Shown here in pieces: positions 21,920 through 31,583 of a stretch of 64,000 bases of DNA. The stretch's first letter is position 1; each line of letters begins with the position of its first letter. The stretch is from an uncultured Verrucomicrobiaceae bacterium. Lineage in GTDB: Bacteria > Pseudomonadota > Gammaproteobacteria > Pseudomonadales > CAMLJR01. The notes beneath the pieces are model-generated. The model ran no database searches. It had not been told where the DNA came from and saw only the letters and a list, made by a program, of their open reading frames with translations. A program made the translations under genes and the position numbers. The stretch is taken from positions 7,311 through 71,310 of the forward strand of contig CAYLRA010000011.1 of the NCBI GenBank assembly GCA_964386045.1. The letters are read 5' to 3'.

Positions 21920-24169
21920 ATGGTCAAGGTTCGCGAGGAACACCCCGAGAAGGCCGACGGCAGCATCGACCTCGAACGCTGGGTCGCGCGGCTGCCGGTG
22001 CCGGCCGGCATCAGCCGCGACGCATTGCTGCACGCGGCCGATGTCGCCCGTGACGCCGAGGCGCGCGCGCGCACCGACGCCGAGCATGGCTGGGGCGACA
22101 GCAGTTTGCGCACCGGCCTCGAAATGGCCGAGATCCTCGCCGACCTGCATCTCGACCAGGATGGGCTGGTGGCGGCGATCCTCTACCGCGCCGTGCGCGA
22201 GGGCAAGCTGACGCTGGCGCGTATCGACGCCGAATTCGGCGCCGCCATCGCCAAACTGATCGAGGGCGTGCTGCGGATGGCGGCGATCAGCCGCGTCAAC
22301 GGCAGCGGACGTGGAGCGGTGCTCGGCCAGGTCGAGGATCAGAGCGAGATGATCCGCAAGATGCTGGTGGCGATGGTCGACGACGTCCGCGTCGCGCTGA
22401 TCAAGCTGGCCGAACGCACCTGCGCGATCCGTGCACTGAAGGAGGCGCCGGAGGAGAAGCGCCAGCGCGTCGCGCGCGAGGTGGCCGACGTCTACGCGCC
22501 GCTGGCGCACCGGCTCGGCATCGGTCACATCAAGTGGGAGCTGGAGGATCTGTCGTTCCGCTACCTGCAGCCCGACGCCTACAAGAAGATCGCCAAGCTG
22601 CTCGACGAGCGCCGCCTCGACCGCCAGGGCTACATCGAGGCGGTGATGGACGAGCTGCGCGCGGCACTGGCGCGGTCCGGCATCGACGCCGAGCTGTCCG
22701 GTCGCGCCAAGCACATCTACAGCATCTGGCGGAAGATGCAGCGCAAGGGCATCGGCTTCTCGCAGGTCTACGACATCCGCGCCGTGCGCATCCTGGTGCC
22801 GGAGCTGCGCGACTGCTACGCCGCGCTCGGCATCGTGCACGGCCTGTGGCGCAACATTCCGAACGAGTTCGACGACTACGTCGCCAACCCGAAGGACAAC
22901 GGCTACCGCTCGCTGCACACCGCCGTGATCGGCCCGCAGGGCAAGGTGCTCGAAGTGCAGATACGCACCTTCGACATGCACGAGGAGGCCGAGCTCGGCG
23001 TCTGCGCGCACTGGCGCTACAAGGGCGCGGATGCCAGCTCGAAGGGCGTCTCCAGCTACGAGGAGAAGATCGCCTGGCTGCGGCAGGTGCTGGCGTGGCA
23101 CGAGGAGACCGGCGCCGTCGGCGCGGTGCAGGAGCAGTTCGCGCGCGCGCAGGACCGTGTCTATGTGTTCACGCCGGACGGTCACGTCGTCACGCTGGCG
23201 CAGGGGTCGACGCCGCTCGATTTCGCCTACCACATCCACACCGAGGTCGGGCACCGCTGCCGCGGCGCCAAGGTCAACGGCCGCATCGTGCCGCTGACCT
23301 ACCCGCTGCAGACCGGCGAGCAGGTCGAGATTCTGACCGGCAAGGAGAACGCGCCGCGCCGCGACTGGATGCAGGCCAACCTCGGCTTCCTGAAGAGTGC
23401 GCGTGCGCGCGCCAAGATTCAGCAATGGTTCCGGCTGCAGGCGCGCGATGAAAATGTCGCTGCGGGCCGCGCGCTGGTCGAGAAGGAGTTCCGCCGCATG
23501 GCGCTGACCAGCCTCGACTACAAGGCAGTGGCGGAGCGGCTGAAACAGTCGACCATGGATGATCTCTATGCGGCTGTCGGCAGCGGCGATATCAGCGTCG
23601 CCCAGGTGTTGCATACGGCGCAGATGCTGGTCTCCGGGGTGACGCACAGCGAGCCGCCGGTGGCGCCGGTGCTGCGCAAGCGCTCCACCGCCGATGCGCG
23701 CGATGCAATCCAGATCCAGGGGGTCGGCAACCTGCTGACGCACATCGCCGGTTGCTGTCGACCGGTGCCGGGCGATGCCATCGTCGGCTACATCACGGTC
23801 GGTCGCGGTGTCAGTGTGCACCGGCAGGATTGCCAGAAGCTGCTGCAACTGCAATACGCCGAGCCGGAGCGGATCGTGCAGGTCAACTGGGGCGAGGCGG
23901 AGCGCAGCACCTACCCGGTCGAGATTGCGATCCTCGCCTACGATCGCCAGGGGCTGCTGCGCGACATCACGCAGATGCTGGCCGCCGAGCATGTCAACGT
24001 GCTGGCGATGAACACCCGTTCCGATGTCGCCAACCATACGGCAGCGATGCACTTCACCGTCGAGATCACCGACCTCGATGCGCTCGCGCAGCTGCTGGTG
24101 CGGGTCAACAACCTGCCCAATGTCATCTCCGCAACGCGTGTGCGCGAAGGTGAGCGGCGAGACCACTGA
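21920..24169 (+). CDS. relA: GTP pyrophosphokinase RelA
   Basis: RelA/SpoT synthetase region (YRSLHTAVIGPQGKVLEVQIRT), TGS and ACT regions, 749 aa, followed by mazG. Confidence 0.93.
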   Translation: MVKVREEHPEKADGSIDLERWVARLPVPAGISRDALLHAADVARDAEARARTDAEHGWGDSSLRTGLEMAEILADLHLDQDGLVAAILYRAVREGKLTLARIDAEFGAAIAKLIEGVLRMAAISRVNGSGRGAVLGQVEDQSEMIRKMLVAMVDDVRVALIKLAERTCAIRALKEAPEEKRQRVAREVADVYAPLAHRLGIGHIKWELEDLSFRYLQPDAYKKIAKLLDERRLDRQGYIEAVMDELRAALARSGIDAELSGRAKHIYSIWRKMQRKGIGFSQVYDIRAVRILVPELRDCYAALGIVHGLWRNIPNEFDDYVANPKDNGYRSLHTAVIGPQGKVLEVQIRTFDMHEEAELGVCAHWRYKGADASSKGVSSYEEKIAWLRQVLAWHEETGAVGAVQEQFARAQDRVYVFTPDGHVVTLAQGSTPLDFAYHIHTEVGHRCRGAKVNGRIVPLTYPLQTGEQVEILTGKENAPRRDWMQANLGFLKSARARAKIQQWFRLQARDENVAAGRALVEKEFRRMALTSLDYKAVAERLKQSTMDDLYAAVGSGDISVAQVLHTAQMLVSGVTHSEPPVAPVLRKRSTADARDAIQIQGVGNLLTHIAGCCRPVPGDAIVGYITVGRGVSVHRQDCQKLLQLQYAEPERIVQVNWGEAERSTYPVEIAILAYDRQGLLRDITQMLAAEHVNVLAMNTRSDVANHTAAMHFTVEITDLDALAQLLVRVNNLPNVISATRVREGERRDH

Positions 24170-24177
24170 GATGTGCG

Positions 24178-25029
24178 ATGAACAGTGAAACCGCGATGAA
24201 TGGTGAAGCCCGTTATGGCATGGCCGACCTGCTCGCCGTGATGGCGCGCTTGCGCGATCCCGAGCGCGGCTGCCCGTGGGATCTGCAGCAGAGCTTCGCG
24301 ACCATCGCGCCGCACACGCTGGAAGAGTGCTACGAGCTGGTCGACGCGATCGAGCGCGGCGACCACGCGCAGATTCGCGAAGAGCTCGGCGATGTGTTGT
24401 TCCAGGTGATCTTCTACGCCCAGCTCGGGCGCGAACAGCAGCTGTTCAGCTTCGACGAGCTGGTGCACAACCTGGTGGCGAAACTGCTGCGCCGCCATCC
24501 GCACGTTTTTCCGGCTGGCGACCTCAGCGAGGGACGTACCGAGGTGTCGGTCAGTGATGTCGGTGTCACCTGGGAGCGGGTCAAGCAGGAAGAGCGCGGC
24601 GCCAAACAGCAACACGGCGTGCTCGACGACGTACCGCTGGCGCTGCCGGCACTGTCGCGCGCGGCCAAGTTGCAGAAACGCGCGGCGCGGGTCGGCTTCG
24701 ACTGGGAGCACTGGCGACAGGTCGTGGCGAAGCTGCAGGAGGAGTGCGGCGAGGTCGAGGAAGCCGTTGCCGACGGTGATGCCGCGGCGGTGACCGAAGA
24801 GATCGGCGACCTGCTGTTCGTCTGCGTCAATCTCGCCCGCTCTCTCGATGTCGATCCCGAGCTGGCATTGCGCGGCGCCAATCGCAAATTCGAGCGCCGC
24901 TTTCGTTACATCGAACAGGTGCTGGCCGGACAGGGGCGCACGCCGGAGCAGTCGACACTGGCCGAGATGGATGCGTTGTGGGATGAGGCGAAGCGAAGGG
25001 AAAAAGGCGGCGAGCTGCCGCTGGCCTGA
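24178..25029 (+). CDS. mazG: nucleoside triphosphate pyrophosphohydrolase MazG
   Basis: Tandem MazG domains (LEECYELVDAIE...EELGDVLFQV and EECGEVEEAV...EEIGDLLFVCVNLAR). Confidence 0.92.
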   Translation: MNSETAMNGEARYGMADLLAVMARLRDPERGCPWDLQQSFATIAPHTLEECYELVDAIERGDHAQIREELGDVLFQVIFYAQLGREQQLFSFDELVHNLVAKLLRRHPHVFPAGDLSEGRTEVSVSDVGVTWERVKQEERGAKQQHGVLDDVPLALPALSRAAKLQKRAARVGFDWEHWRQVVAKLQEECGEVEEAVADGDAAAVTEEIGDLLFVCVNLARSLDVDPELALRGANRKFERRFRYIEQVLAGQGRTPEQSTLAEMDALWDEAKRREKGGELPLA

Positions 25030-25092
25030 GCGCGCTGCCGACCGCCCGCAACAGAAGATGTCATGCGGGTGGTCGGGATGCCTGCCCGCCGA

Positions 25093-25434
25093 TCAGTGCC
25101 GGCCGCCGTTGTTCAGCCGGTAGCGTTCGAGGTGTTTGCGGGTCAGCGTCAGGAAGCGCGGCGTCGGGCCGACATCCTCGTAAATCGGGTCACCCTCCTC
25201 ATCGGTGGCGACGACGTTGCTGCCGCGCACGTAGGGCAGGGAGGCCTCCACCTCGGTCAGTGCCGCCGAGAGCAGGTCGGTGATCAGCTCCTCCGGCGAG
25301 CGCCGCGGGTACATTTCAGCCAGCGCGTTCAGGCGCGCGGCATCTTCCACCGGCAAGCGCACGGCGAACTGTTCAACGGTCAGTTCGCCGCCGGCGGTTT
25401 TCTCCCAGATCGAAAGCAGGTCGCGTACGTTCAT
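25093..25434 (-). CDS. conserved hypothetical protein, possible ribbon-helix-helix fold
   Basis: 113 aa with strong GC3 bias. The segment FAVRLPVEDAARLNALAEMYPRRSPEELITDLLSAAL has a strand-helix-helix pattern. I cannot name a family with certainty. Confidence 0.55.
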   Translation of the reverse strand: MNVRDLLSIWEKTAGGELTVEQFAVRLPVEDAARLNALAEMYPRRSPEELITDLLSAALTEVEASLPYVRGSNVVATDEEGDPIYEDVGPTPRFLTLTRKHLERYRLNNGGRH

Positions 25435-25720
25435 TTCGCTCTACTCCTCTTTACGGCAGATATCCGCAACCACGGTTTGCCTTTTCACTATAGATCGGCC
25501 TTCCGGGTTGCGCCTTTTGGCCATGGGTGGAATCTGCCGGGCGGTGGATGAATCGGGCCTGAACGGTATGGCGAGCCTCTTCGGAGGTCGTCGGCGACGC
25601 CGTTTCCCGCACTTGTGCTGTGGAAATCGCCCGTGTAAGGTTGGCCGCTTTCTGTTTCGGGTGGCCTGTTGTCACCCCGTGCAAACCTGCAGTCGCTCAG
25701 GGCGGAGTGGCGGGGTCTGA

Positions 25721-26392
<672 letters not shown>

Positions 26393-26408
26393 ACGCCTGC
26401 CATTGTCG

Positions 26409-26437
26409 AAAAGGCCCCGCTCAGCGGGGCCTTTTTG
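26409..26437 (+). terminator. rho-independent terminator of adk
   Basis: aaaaGGCCCCGCtcaGCGGGGCCttttt. Confidence 0.85.
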
Positions 26438-26584
26438 TTTCCGGGTACCGTGCCCGAGTGGCGGGAGAGCGGTCTTGAATAAAGAGTCCATCCGCTGCGG
26501 CTAGAATGCGTCGGGCTGCAAACCATTGACGAGGCGGTTGCGTAGACCAGCGTTGCGATTGATGACTGATCCGGGAGAAAACTG

Positions 26585-27571
26585 ATGCGGCGCGCTGTGG
26601 TGCTGATGAACCTGGGAACACCGGCCGCGCCGACAGCGGCAGCGGTGCGCAGTTACCTGCGAGAGTTCCTGAGTGACCCGCGCGTGGTCGAGATTCCGCG
26701 TGCGTTCTGGTATCCGATTCTCTATGGGGTAATTCTGACGCTGAGGCCGCGTCGTGTTGCGCGCGGTTATCAGGCGATGTGGGATCACCATGGCGATTCG
26801 CCGCTGCGCCTGATCACCCGCCAGCAGGTGAGTGCGCTGGAAACCTTCCTTCAGCAGCGTGACGGTGATGCGGCACCGCGGGTCTGTTATGCGATGACTT
26901 ACGGAAAGCCTGGCCTGGCAGAGGTGATTGCTCAGCTGCGAGAGGAGGGGGTCGAGCACACGCTGGTGCTACCGCTCTATCCGCAATATTCGGCGACCAC
27001 CACGGGCGCCATCAGCGATCAGATAGCTCGACTGCTGCAGGCGAGCCGCGATATTCCCTCGATCAGCCTGGTCAAGCACTACTGCCATCATCCGCTGTAT
27101 ATCGAGGCGCTGGCGCGATCGGTCGAAACGTTCTGGCAGCGAGAGGGTCGCGCCGAGCGGCTGCTGCTGTCGTTTCACGGCATTCCGCGTCGCAATGTCG
27201 ATCTCGGCGATCCCTACGAGCGCGAGTGTCTCGCAACGGCAGCGGCACTGGCCGACCGGTTGCAGTTGTCGCGCGAGCAGTGGCTCGTCAGTTTTCAATC
27301 GCGGCTCGGCAGGGCCGAGTGGTTGCAGCCTTACACCAGCGCCACGTTGCAGCAGTGGGGGCGGGAGAAGCTTGCGTCCGTGGATGTCATCTGCCCGGCA
27401 TTTTCCGCGGATTGTCTTGAGACGCTGGAAGAGATCGCGGTGGAGAATCGCGATCTCTTTCGCGCGGCCGGTGGTGGCGACTATCGATACATACCCTGTC
27501 TGAATGCCGATTCAGCACATATCCAATTGCTCGCTGCTCTGATCGATCAGTTCATGCCGCGTCATGTTTGA
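26585..27571 (+). CDS. hemH: ferrochelatase
   Basis: VVLMNLGTPAAPT..., LPLYPQYSATTTG, SFHGIP motifs. 328 aa. Confidence 0.93.
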   Translation: MRRAVVLMNLGTPAAPTAAAVRSYLREFLSDPRVVEIPRAFWYPILYGVILTLRPRRVARGYQAMWDHHGDSPLRLITRQQVSALETFLQQRDGDAAPRVCYAMTYGKPGLAEVIAQLREEGVEHTLVLPLYPQYSATTTGAISDQIARLLQASRDIPSISLVKHYCHHPLYIEALARSVETFWQREGRAERLLLSFHGIPRRNVDLGDPYERECLATAAALADRLQLSREQWLVSFQSRLGRAEWLQPYTSATLQQWGREKLASVDVICPAFSADCLETLEEIAVENRDLFRAAGGGDYRYIPCLNADSAHIQLLAALIDQFMPRHV

Positions 27572-27679
27572 TGGCGGCGGGCATTGCGCTTTTGGTTGTC
27601 GTTGCGTGGTTGTTGTTCATTTTCTGTGCTACGGTTTCCGCCGAGGTTCGTTTCAAACCTTGACCTGGAGATAAGGAAG

Positions 27680-28612
27680 ATGGCGAAAGCACCCATGGTA
27701 AAAGCAGCTGTGAAGAAGCGCGCGTCGGCGAAGCGTCCCGCTGCAAAGCGAGCAACCAAAGTACGAGCAGCGAAAAAGACGACACGCGCAGCGAAAGTGA
27801 CAGCGCGAGTACCGGCTGTTGTACCAGCCGCGATAGCGCGTCAGGAAGCGGCGCTGGAGAAGCTTGAGCTGGCACTTGCTGCTGAACGCTCCGCGGTAGC
27901 AGAGAAGCGCAAGGCAGTGCAGGCAGCGCGCAGTCGAGCTGTGAAAAGCGGCAAGGCTGCGGATCGTAATGCCGTAAAACGCACGCAACTGGCGACGGCG
28001 AAATCGTCGGAGAAAGTGCGCAAGCTGCGTGGACAGATCGGGGAGGCCAAACTGAAGTTGTCGCTGGCGAAGGCCGAGGCGATGCTGAAGGGTGATGCCG
28101 AACTCCTCAAGAGTGCCTTGCAGTCGCGCGTGACGGCACTGGGCAAGAAGGCAGAGGGCGATCTCGCGGCCGCCGTCGAGAAATTCAAGGAGGCGTGGAA
28201 CAAGAAGCGCGAGGCGATCGATACGCGCAAATTGAAGGCGGCCGAGCGCAAGTTGCGAACCAAGGCCAAGGCCGAGGTGAAGAAGAAGGTTGCCAAGCTG
28301 AAGGCTGCGCAGAAGCGTGCTGCGGCCAAACTGCGTGCTGCGGAGCGCAAGGCAGCAGCAAAAGCCAAGGCGGTCGAGCGTCGTGCGGCGAAACAGGCCA
28401 GGCGTGCTGTGAAAGTCGTGAAGACGGCGGTTGCTGCGCCCAAACGCAAGGCGGCCGTCAAGGCGCCCAGGCGCAAGAAGGTTGCGACACGACGCAAGGC
28501 GGCTGTTGCAGTGACCCGCAAGACAACCGCGACACGCAAGGCTGTCGTGCGCAAAGTGCCTGCACGCAAGAAAGCGACACCCGCACGCAAGAAGGCTGCG
28601 CGTCGCCGCTGA
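27680..28612 (+). CDS. lysine/alanine-rich histone-H1-like (AlgP/PhaF-tail-like) basic protein
   Basis: 310 aa from the ATG at 27680 (AAGGAAG RBS). The N- and C-terminal thirds are AAKK/KRKAA-type basic repeats. The centre is a heptad-like charged helix. The antisense ORF 27841..28590 is a compositional artefact. Confidence 0.7.
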   Translation: MAKAPMVKAAVKKRASAKRPAAKRATKVRAAKKTTRAAKVTARVPAVVPAAIARQEAALEKLELALAAERSAVAEKRKAVQAARSRAVKSGKAADRNAVKRTQLATAKSSEKVRKLRGQIGEAKLKLSLAKAEAMLKGDAELLKSALQSRVTALGKKAEGDLAAAVEKFKEAWNKKREAIDTRKLKAAERKLRTKAKAEVKKKVAKLKAAQKRAAAKLRAAERKAAAKAKAVERRAAKQARRAVKVVKTAVAAPKRKAAVKAPRRKKVATRRKAAVAVTRKTTATRKAVVRKVPARKKATPARKKAARRR

Positions 28613-28650
28613 CGCAGCGCTCGCGGGCGTCTTTCGAGACGCGCTGCACC

Positions 28651-28683
28651 AAAGCCACCGGCGGTTGCCGGTGGCTTTTTTGT
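28651..28683 (+). terminator. rho-independent terminator (possibly bidirectional, shared with mobA)
   Basis: aaAGCCACCGGCggttGCCGGTGGCTtttttttg, a 10-bp perfect stem. Confidence 0.85.
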
Positions 28684-28708
28684 TTGAGTGCTGTGTCGGC
28701 GCGGCGGT

Positions 28709-29347
28709 TTATCGACGATGCAGCAGTGTGTCGAGCTCGGCAGACGAGTTGATGTTCAGAAAGGCATCAGCCTCGTCATCGAAGGCGACGCACCGGTTAT
28801 TGTGCGTCGCCATCCAGCGGTGAACGGCGCGCCTGCCTTGTTGCAGCCCGTCCTGTTGCGGCTCGTCCTGTTGCAGGTAGGCGCGCAGGTCGTCACGCAG
28901 CGAGCGATGCAGCAGGCAGAACAGGTAGTGGTGATCGTTGCCGGTGCCGGCATGGGCAATCATCGTGTCGTCATCGACGGCAGCCCACAGCCGCTGCGCG
29001 AGATCGGCGGCGGGTTGTGGGCAGTCGCAGGGCAGGAACAGCACCCAGTCATGTGCGGCCGCTTCCAGCCCCGCCAGCACGCCGGCCAGCGGACCGCGTT
29101 GCTCCGGCCACGGGTCGCCAATGATGGGAAGGCCGAGTGCCGGATAGGGGTTCGGGCGATTGCTGTTGATCAGTATCTCCGCAGCCTGTGGTGCGACGCG
29201 CTCTACGATGTGATCGATAAAACTGCGCCCCTGCCACGGCAGCAGAGCCTTGTCGACGCCACCCATCCGCGTGCCGCTGCCGCCGGCGAGGATCACGGCG
29301 GTGAGTGGTGGCATTGGGCGTGGTGCAGTTGTCGAGGCAGTGGTCAT
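28709..29347 (-). CDS. mobA: molybdenum cofactor guanylyltransferase
   Basis: [26 protein letters not shown] is the MobA signature. 212 aa. Confidence 0.88.
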   Translation of the reverse strand: MTTASTTAPRPMPPLTAVILAGGSGTRMGGVDKALLPWQGRSFIDHIVERVAPQAAEILINSNRPNPYPALGLPIIGDPWPEQRGPLAGVLAGLEAAAHDWVLFLPCDCPQPAADLAQRLWAAVDDDTMIAHAGTGNDHHYLFCLLHRSLRDDLRAYLQQDEPQQDGLQQGRRAVHRWMATHNNRCVAFDDEADAFLNINSSAELDTLLHRR

Positions 29348-29486
29348 GTTGGCTCACGCACGATGGCAGTGCTTCAAGTGACGTCAATGGGCAGTCGTCA
29401 ATGATGTGGTGTTGATGAGATTGTAGCGTTTGCCCCGCTGCCGCGGCGTCGTTACCATGCCCGCTCGCCCGCCTGCCGTGACCTTC

Positions 29487-30176
29487 ATGCCCCGTCTGTT
29501 AGCCGTCGATACCGCCACCGAAGCCTGTTCCGTTGCCCTTGGCAACAGTGGACGGGTCGTCGAGGAGCACCTCTATGGCCCGCGCGAACATATGCAGCAA
29601 TTGCTGCCGATGATCGAAGCGCTGCTCGATGAGGCGGGCGTGTCGCTGCGCGATCTCGATGCGATTGCTTTCGGTCGCGGTCCCGGTTCGTTCACCGGTG
29701 TGCGCATCGGTCTCGGTGTGGTGCAGGGGCTGGCATTTGCCACACAGCTGCCGCTGATTCCGGTGTCGACACTGGCGACGCTGGCACAGAGCGCGGTGAA
29801 CGATGAGCTGCAGCCCAGCGATCGCATCCTTGCCGCGATCGATGCCCGTATGGACGAGGTCTACTGGGGTTGGTTCGAGCTGAATGCGGAGCGGCGTGTC
29901 GTTGCGGTCGGTGAGGAGCGGGTGTCGCCACCGCAGCTGGTTACTCCAGCGGAGGCGGGTGTCGATTGGATCGGCGTTGGCAGTGGTTGGCGACATGCCA
30001 GCCGGCTGCCCACCGGTGCGCGCCGAATCGATGCCGAACTGCTGCCGCATGCCAGCGCGCTGCTGCATCTCGCGCTGCCGCTGTGGGAGCAGGGGCAGAC
30101 CGTATCGGCCGAAGCGGCGGTGCCGGTCTATCTGCGTGACGATGTCGCCTGGCCGCAGGGCCAGGGAAACAAATAA
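29487..30176 (+). CDS. tsaB: tRNA t6A biosynthesis protein TsaB (YeaZ)
   Basis: LLAVDTATEACSVAL...FGRGPGSFTGVRIG. 229 aa from the ATG at 29487. Confidence 0.88.
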   Translation: MPRLLAVDTATEACSVALGNSGRVVEEHLYGPREHMQQLLPMIEALLDEAGVSLRDLDAIAFGRGPGSFTGVRIGLGVVQGLAFATQLPLIPVSTLATLAQSAVNDELQPSDRILAAIDARMDEVYWGWFELNAERRVVAVGEERVSPPQLVTPAEAGVDWIGVGSGWRHASRLPTGARRIDAELLPHASALLHLALPLWEQGQTVSAEAAVPVYLRDDVAWPQGQGNK

Positions 30177-30257
30177 CCGCCTGGCCACAGGGCCAGAAAC
30201 AAATAACCGCCTGGCCGCAGGGCCAGAAACAAATAACCGCCTGGCCACAGGGCCAGG
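30148..30257. repeat. 3.5 tandem copies of a 30-bp unit (CCTGGCCRCAGGGCCAGAAACAAATAACCG); the first copy is the 3-prime end plus stop codon of tsaB
   Basis: Read directly at 30148-30179, 30180-30209, 30210-30239 and 30240-30257. Each unit holds a 7-bp hairpin (CCTGGCC-rcag-GGCCAGG) and the AAATAA stop context. Confidence 0.9.
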
Positions 30258-30287
30258 CTGAACACTGGCGGACGGGAGAGAAGGCGC

Positions 30288-31124
30288 ATGGATATCCTGC
30301 TGATGTTGAAAGCGCTGGTGATGGCGGTGGTCGAGGGGCTGACCGAGTTCCTGCCGATCTCCAGTACCGGCCACCTGATCCTGACCGGCGCGCTGATCGG
30401 TTTTCACGACGACAAGGCCAAGCTGTTCGACGTGGTGATCCAGGCCGGCGCCATTCTCGCCGTCTGCTGGGAGTATCGCCGTCGCCTGCTGCTGGTGACG
30501 CTGGGTCTGCCGAACGACCGCGTGGCGCAGCGGTTCGCGCTGAACGTCGTCATCGCCTTCCTGCCGCTGGCCGTGCTCGGGGTGCTGTTCCACAGCCAGA
30601 TCAAGCAGTTCCTGTTCGCACCGGTGCCGGTGGCGGCGGCCTTCATCGTCGGCGGCATCCTGATCCTGTGGGTGGAGCAGCTGTACGCGCGCCGCGACGA
30701 GTCGGCGATGGTGCGGGAGATGGAGGCGATGAGCTGGCGCCACGCGCTGAAGATCGGGCTGATCCAGGCGCTGGCGCTGATTCCCGGCACCTCGCGCGCC
30801 GGTGCCTCGATCGTCGGCGGCATGGCGCTGGGCCTGTCGCGCCGCACCGCCACCGAGTTCTCCTTCTTCGTCGGCATCCCGACGCTGATCGGCGCCGCCG
30901 TCTACGACCTCTATAAACAGGGGCATCTGCTGACGATGGCGGACCTGCCGCACTTCTCGGTCGGCTTCGTCGGCGCCTTCGTCAGTGCCTTCCTCTGTAT
31001 GCGCTGGCTGCTGCGCTTCGTCGAGCGCCACACGCTGAACGGCTTCGCCTGGTACCGGATCGCCTTCGGCGCGCTGGTGCTGGTGACCGACTACAGCGGC
31101 CTGGTCGACTGGTACCAGGGCTGA
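30288..31124 (+). CDS. uppP: undecaprenyl-diphosphate phosphatase
   Basis: VVEGLTEFLPISSTGHL and PGTSRAGASI BacA motifs. 278 aa. Confidence 0.93.
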   Translation: MDILLMLKALVMAVVEGLTEFLPISSTGHLILTGALIGFHDDKAKLFDVVIQAGAILAVCWEYRRRLLLVTLGLPNDRVAQRFALNVVIAFLPLAVLGVLFHSQIKQFLFAPVPVAAAFIVGGILILWVEQLYARRDESAMVREMEAMSWRHALKIGLIQALALIPGTSRAGASIVGGMALGLSRRTATEFSFFVGIPTLIGAAVYDLYKQGHLLTMADLPHFSVGFVGAFVSAFLCMRWLLRFVERHTLNGFAWYRIAFGALVLVTDYSGLVDWYQG

Positions 31125-31203
31125 CCCGACACGGGCACGGAAGACCGGGTTCAGGGGCGCGGTGCTATACTCGCCGCGTTCCTGAACCCGGAATTCCGCC
31201 GCC

Positions 31204-31473
31204 GTGCAGATCCGCAGCAATCACAGCTACCTTCCCAGCCCGGAGTACCGGCGCGACCGCGCGGTCGATGCGCCGGCCGCCGCCGTGCGCGGGGAGGAGC
31301 AGGGCGGCCGCGCGCGCGAAGTGACGCGGATCGTGCGCAGCCCGGTGGCCGACGAGGCGCTGGCCGGGCTGGCGCCGCAGGTACGCGGCGCGCTGCAGAG
31401 CTACCTCAGCAACGGCCCCACGCTCAGTGAGCGCTACGGCGTCGAACTGGCCGGCGTCGACCTCTTCGTCTGA
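31204..31473 (+). CDS. hypothetical small protein (89 aa, GTG start)
   Basis: Almost every codon ends in G or C, matching real genes here. No recognisable motif and a weak RBS. Confidence 0.45.
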   Translation: MQIRSNHSYLPSPEYRRDRAVDAPAAAVRGEEQGGRAREVTRIVRSPVADEALAGLAPQVRGALQSYLSNGPTLSERYGVELAGVDLFV

Positions 31474-31583
31474 GCGGTGAGCCCGGTCGTCGTGCTCCAT
31501 TCACCACTTCCACCACCTCCCCGATTCCCTTTGCCCTGCGCCGCGATGGTGTCGTATCCCGTCGCGCGTCCACAGGAAGCGCC

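Noticed and set aside
27841-28590. 249-aa minus-strand ORF opposite the K/A-rich protein gene.
   Set aside because: It is the mirror-image low-complexity translation (A/R/F/S/L-rich) of the GCN/AAG repeat DNA. The plus-strand gene has the RBS and terminator.
30148-30257. Possible CRISPR array, considered for the 30-bp repeats here and the ~26-nt repeats at 17804-17937.
   Set aside because: The repeats are directly abutting with no spacers. There are only 3-5 copies and no cas genes in the window. They are simple tandem repeats.
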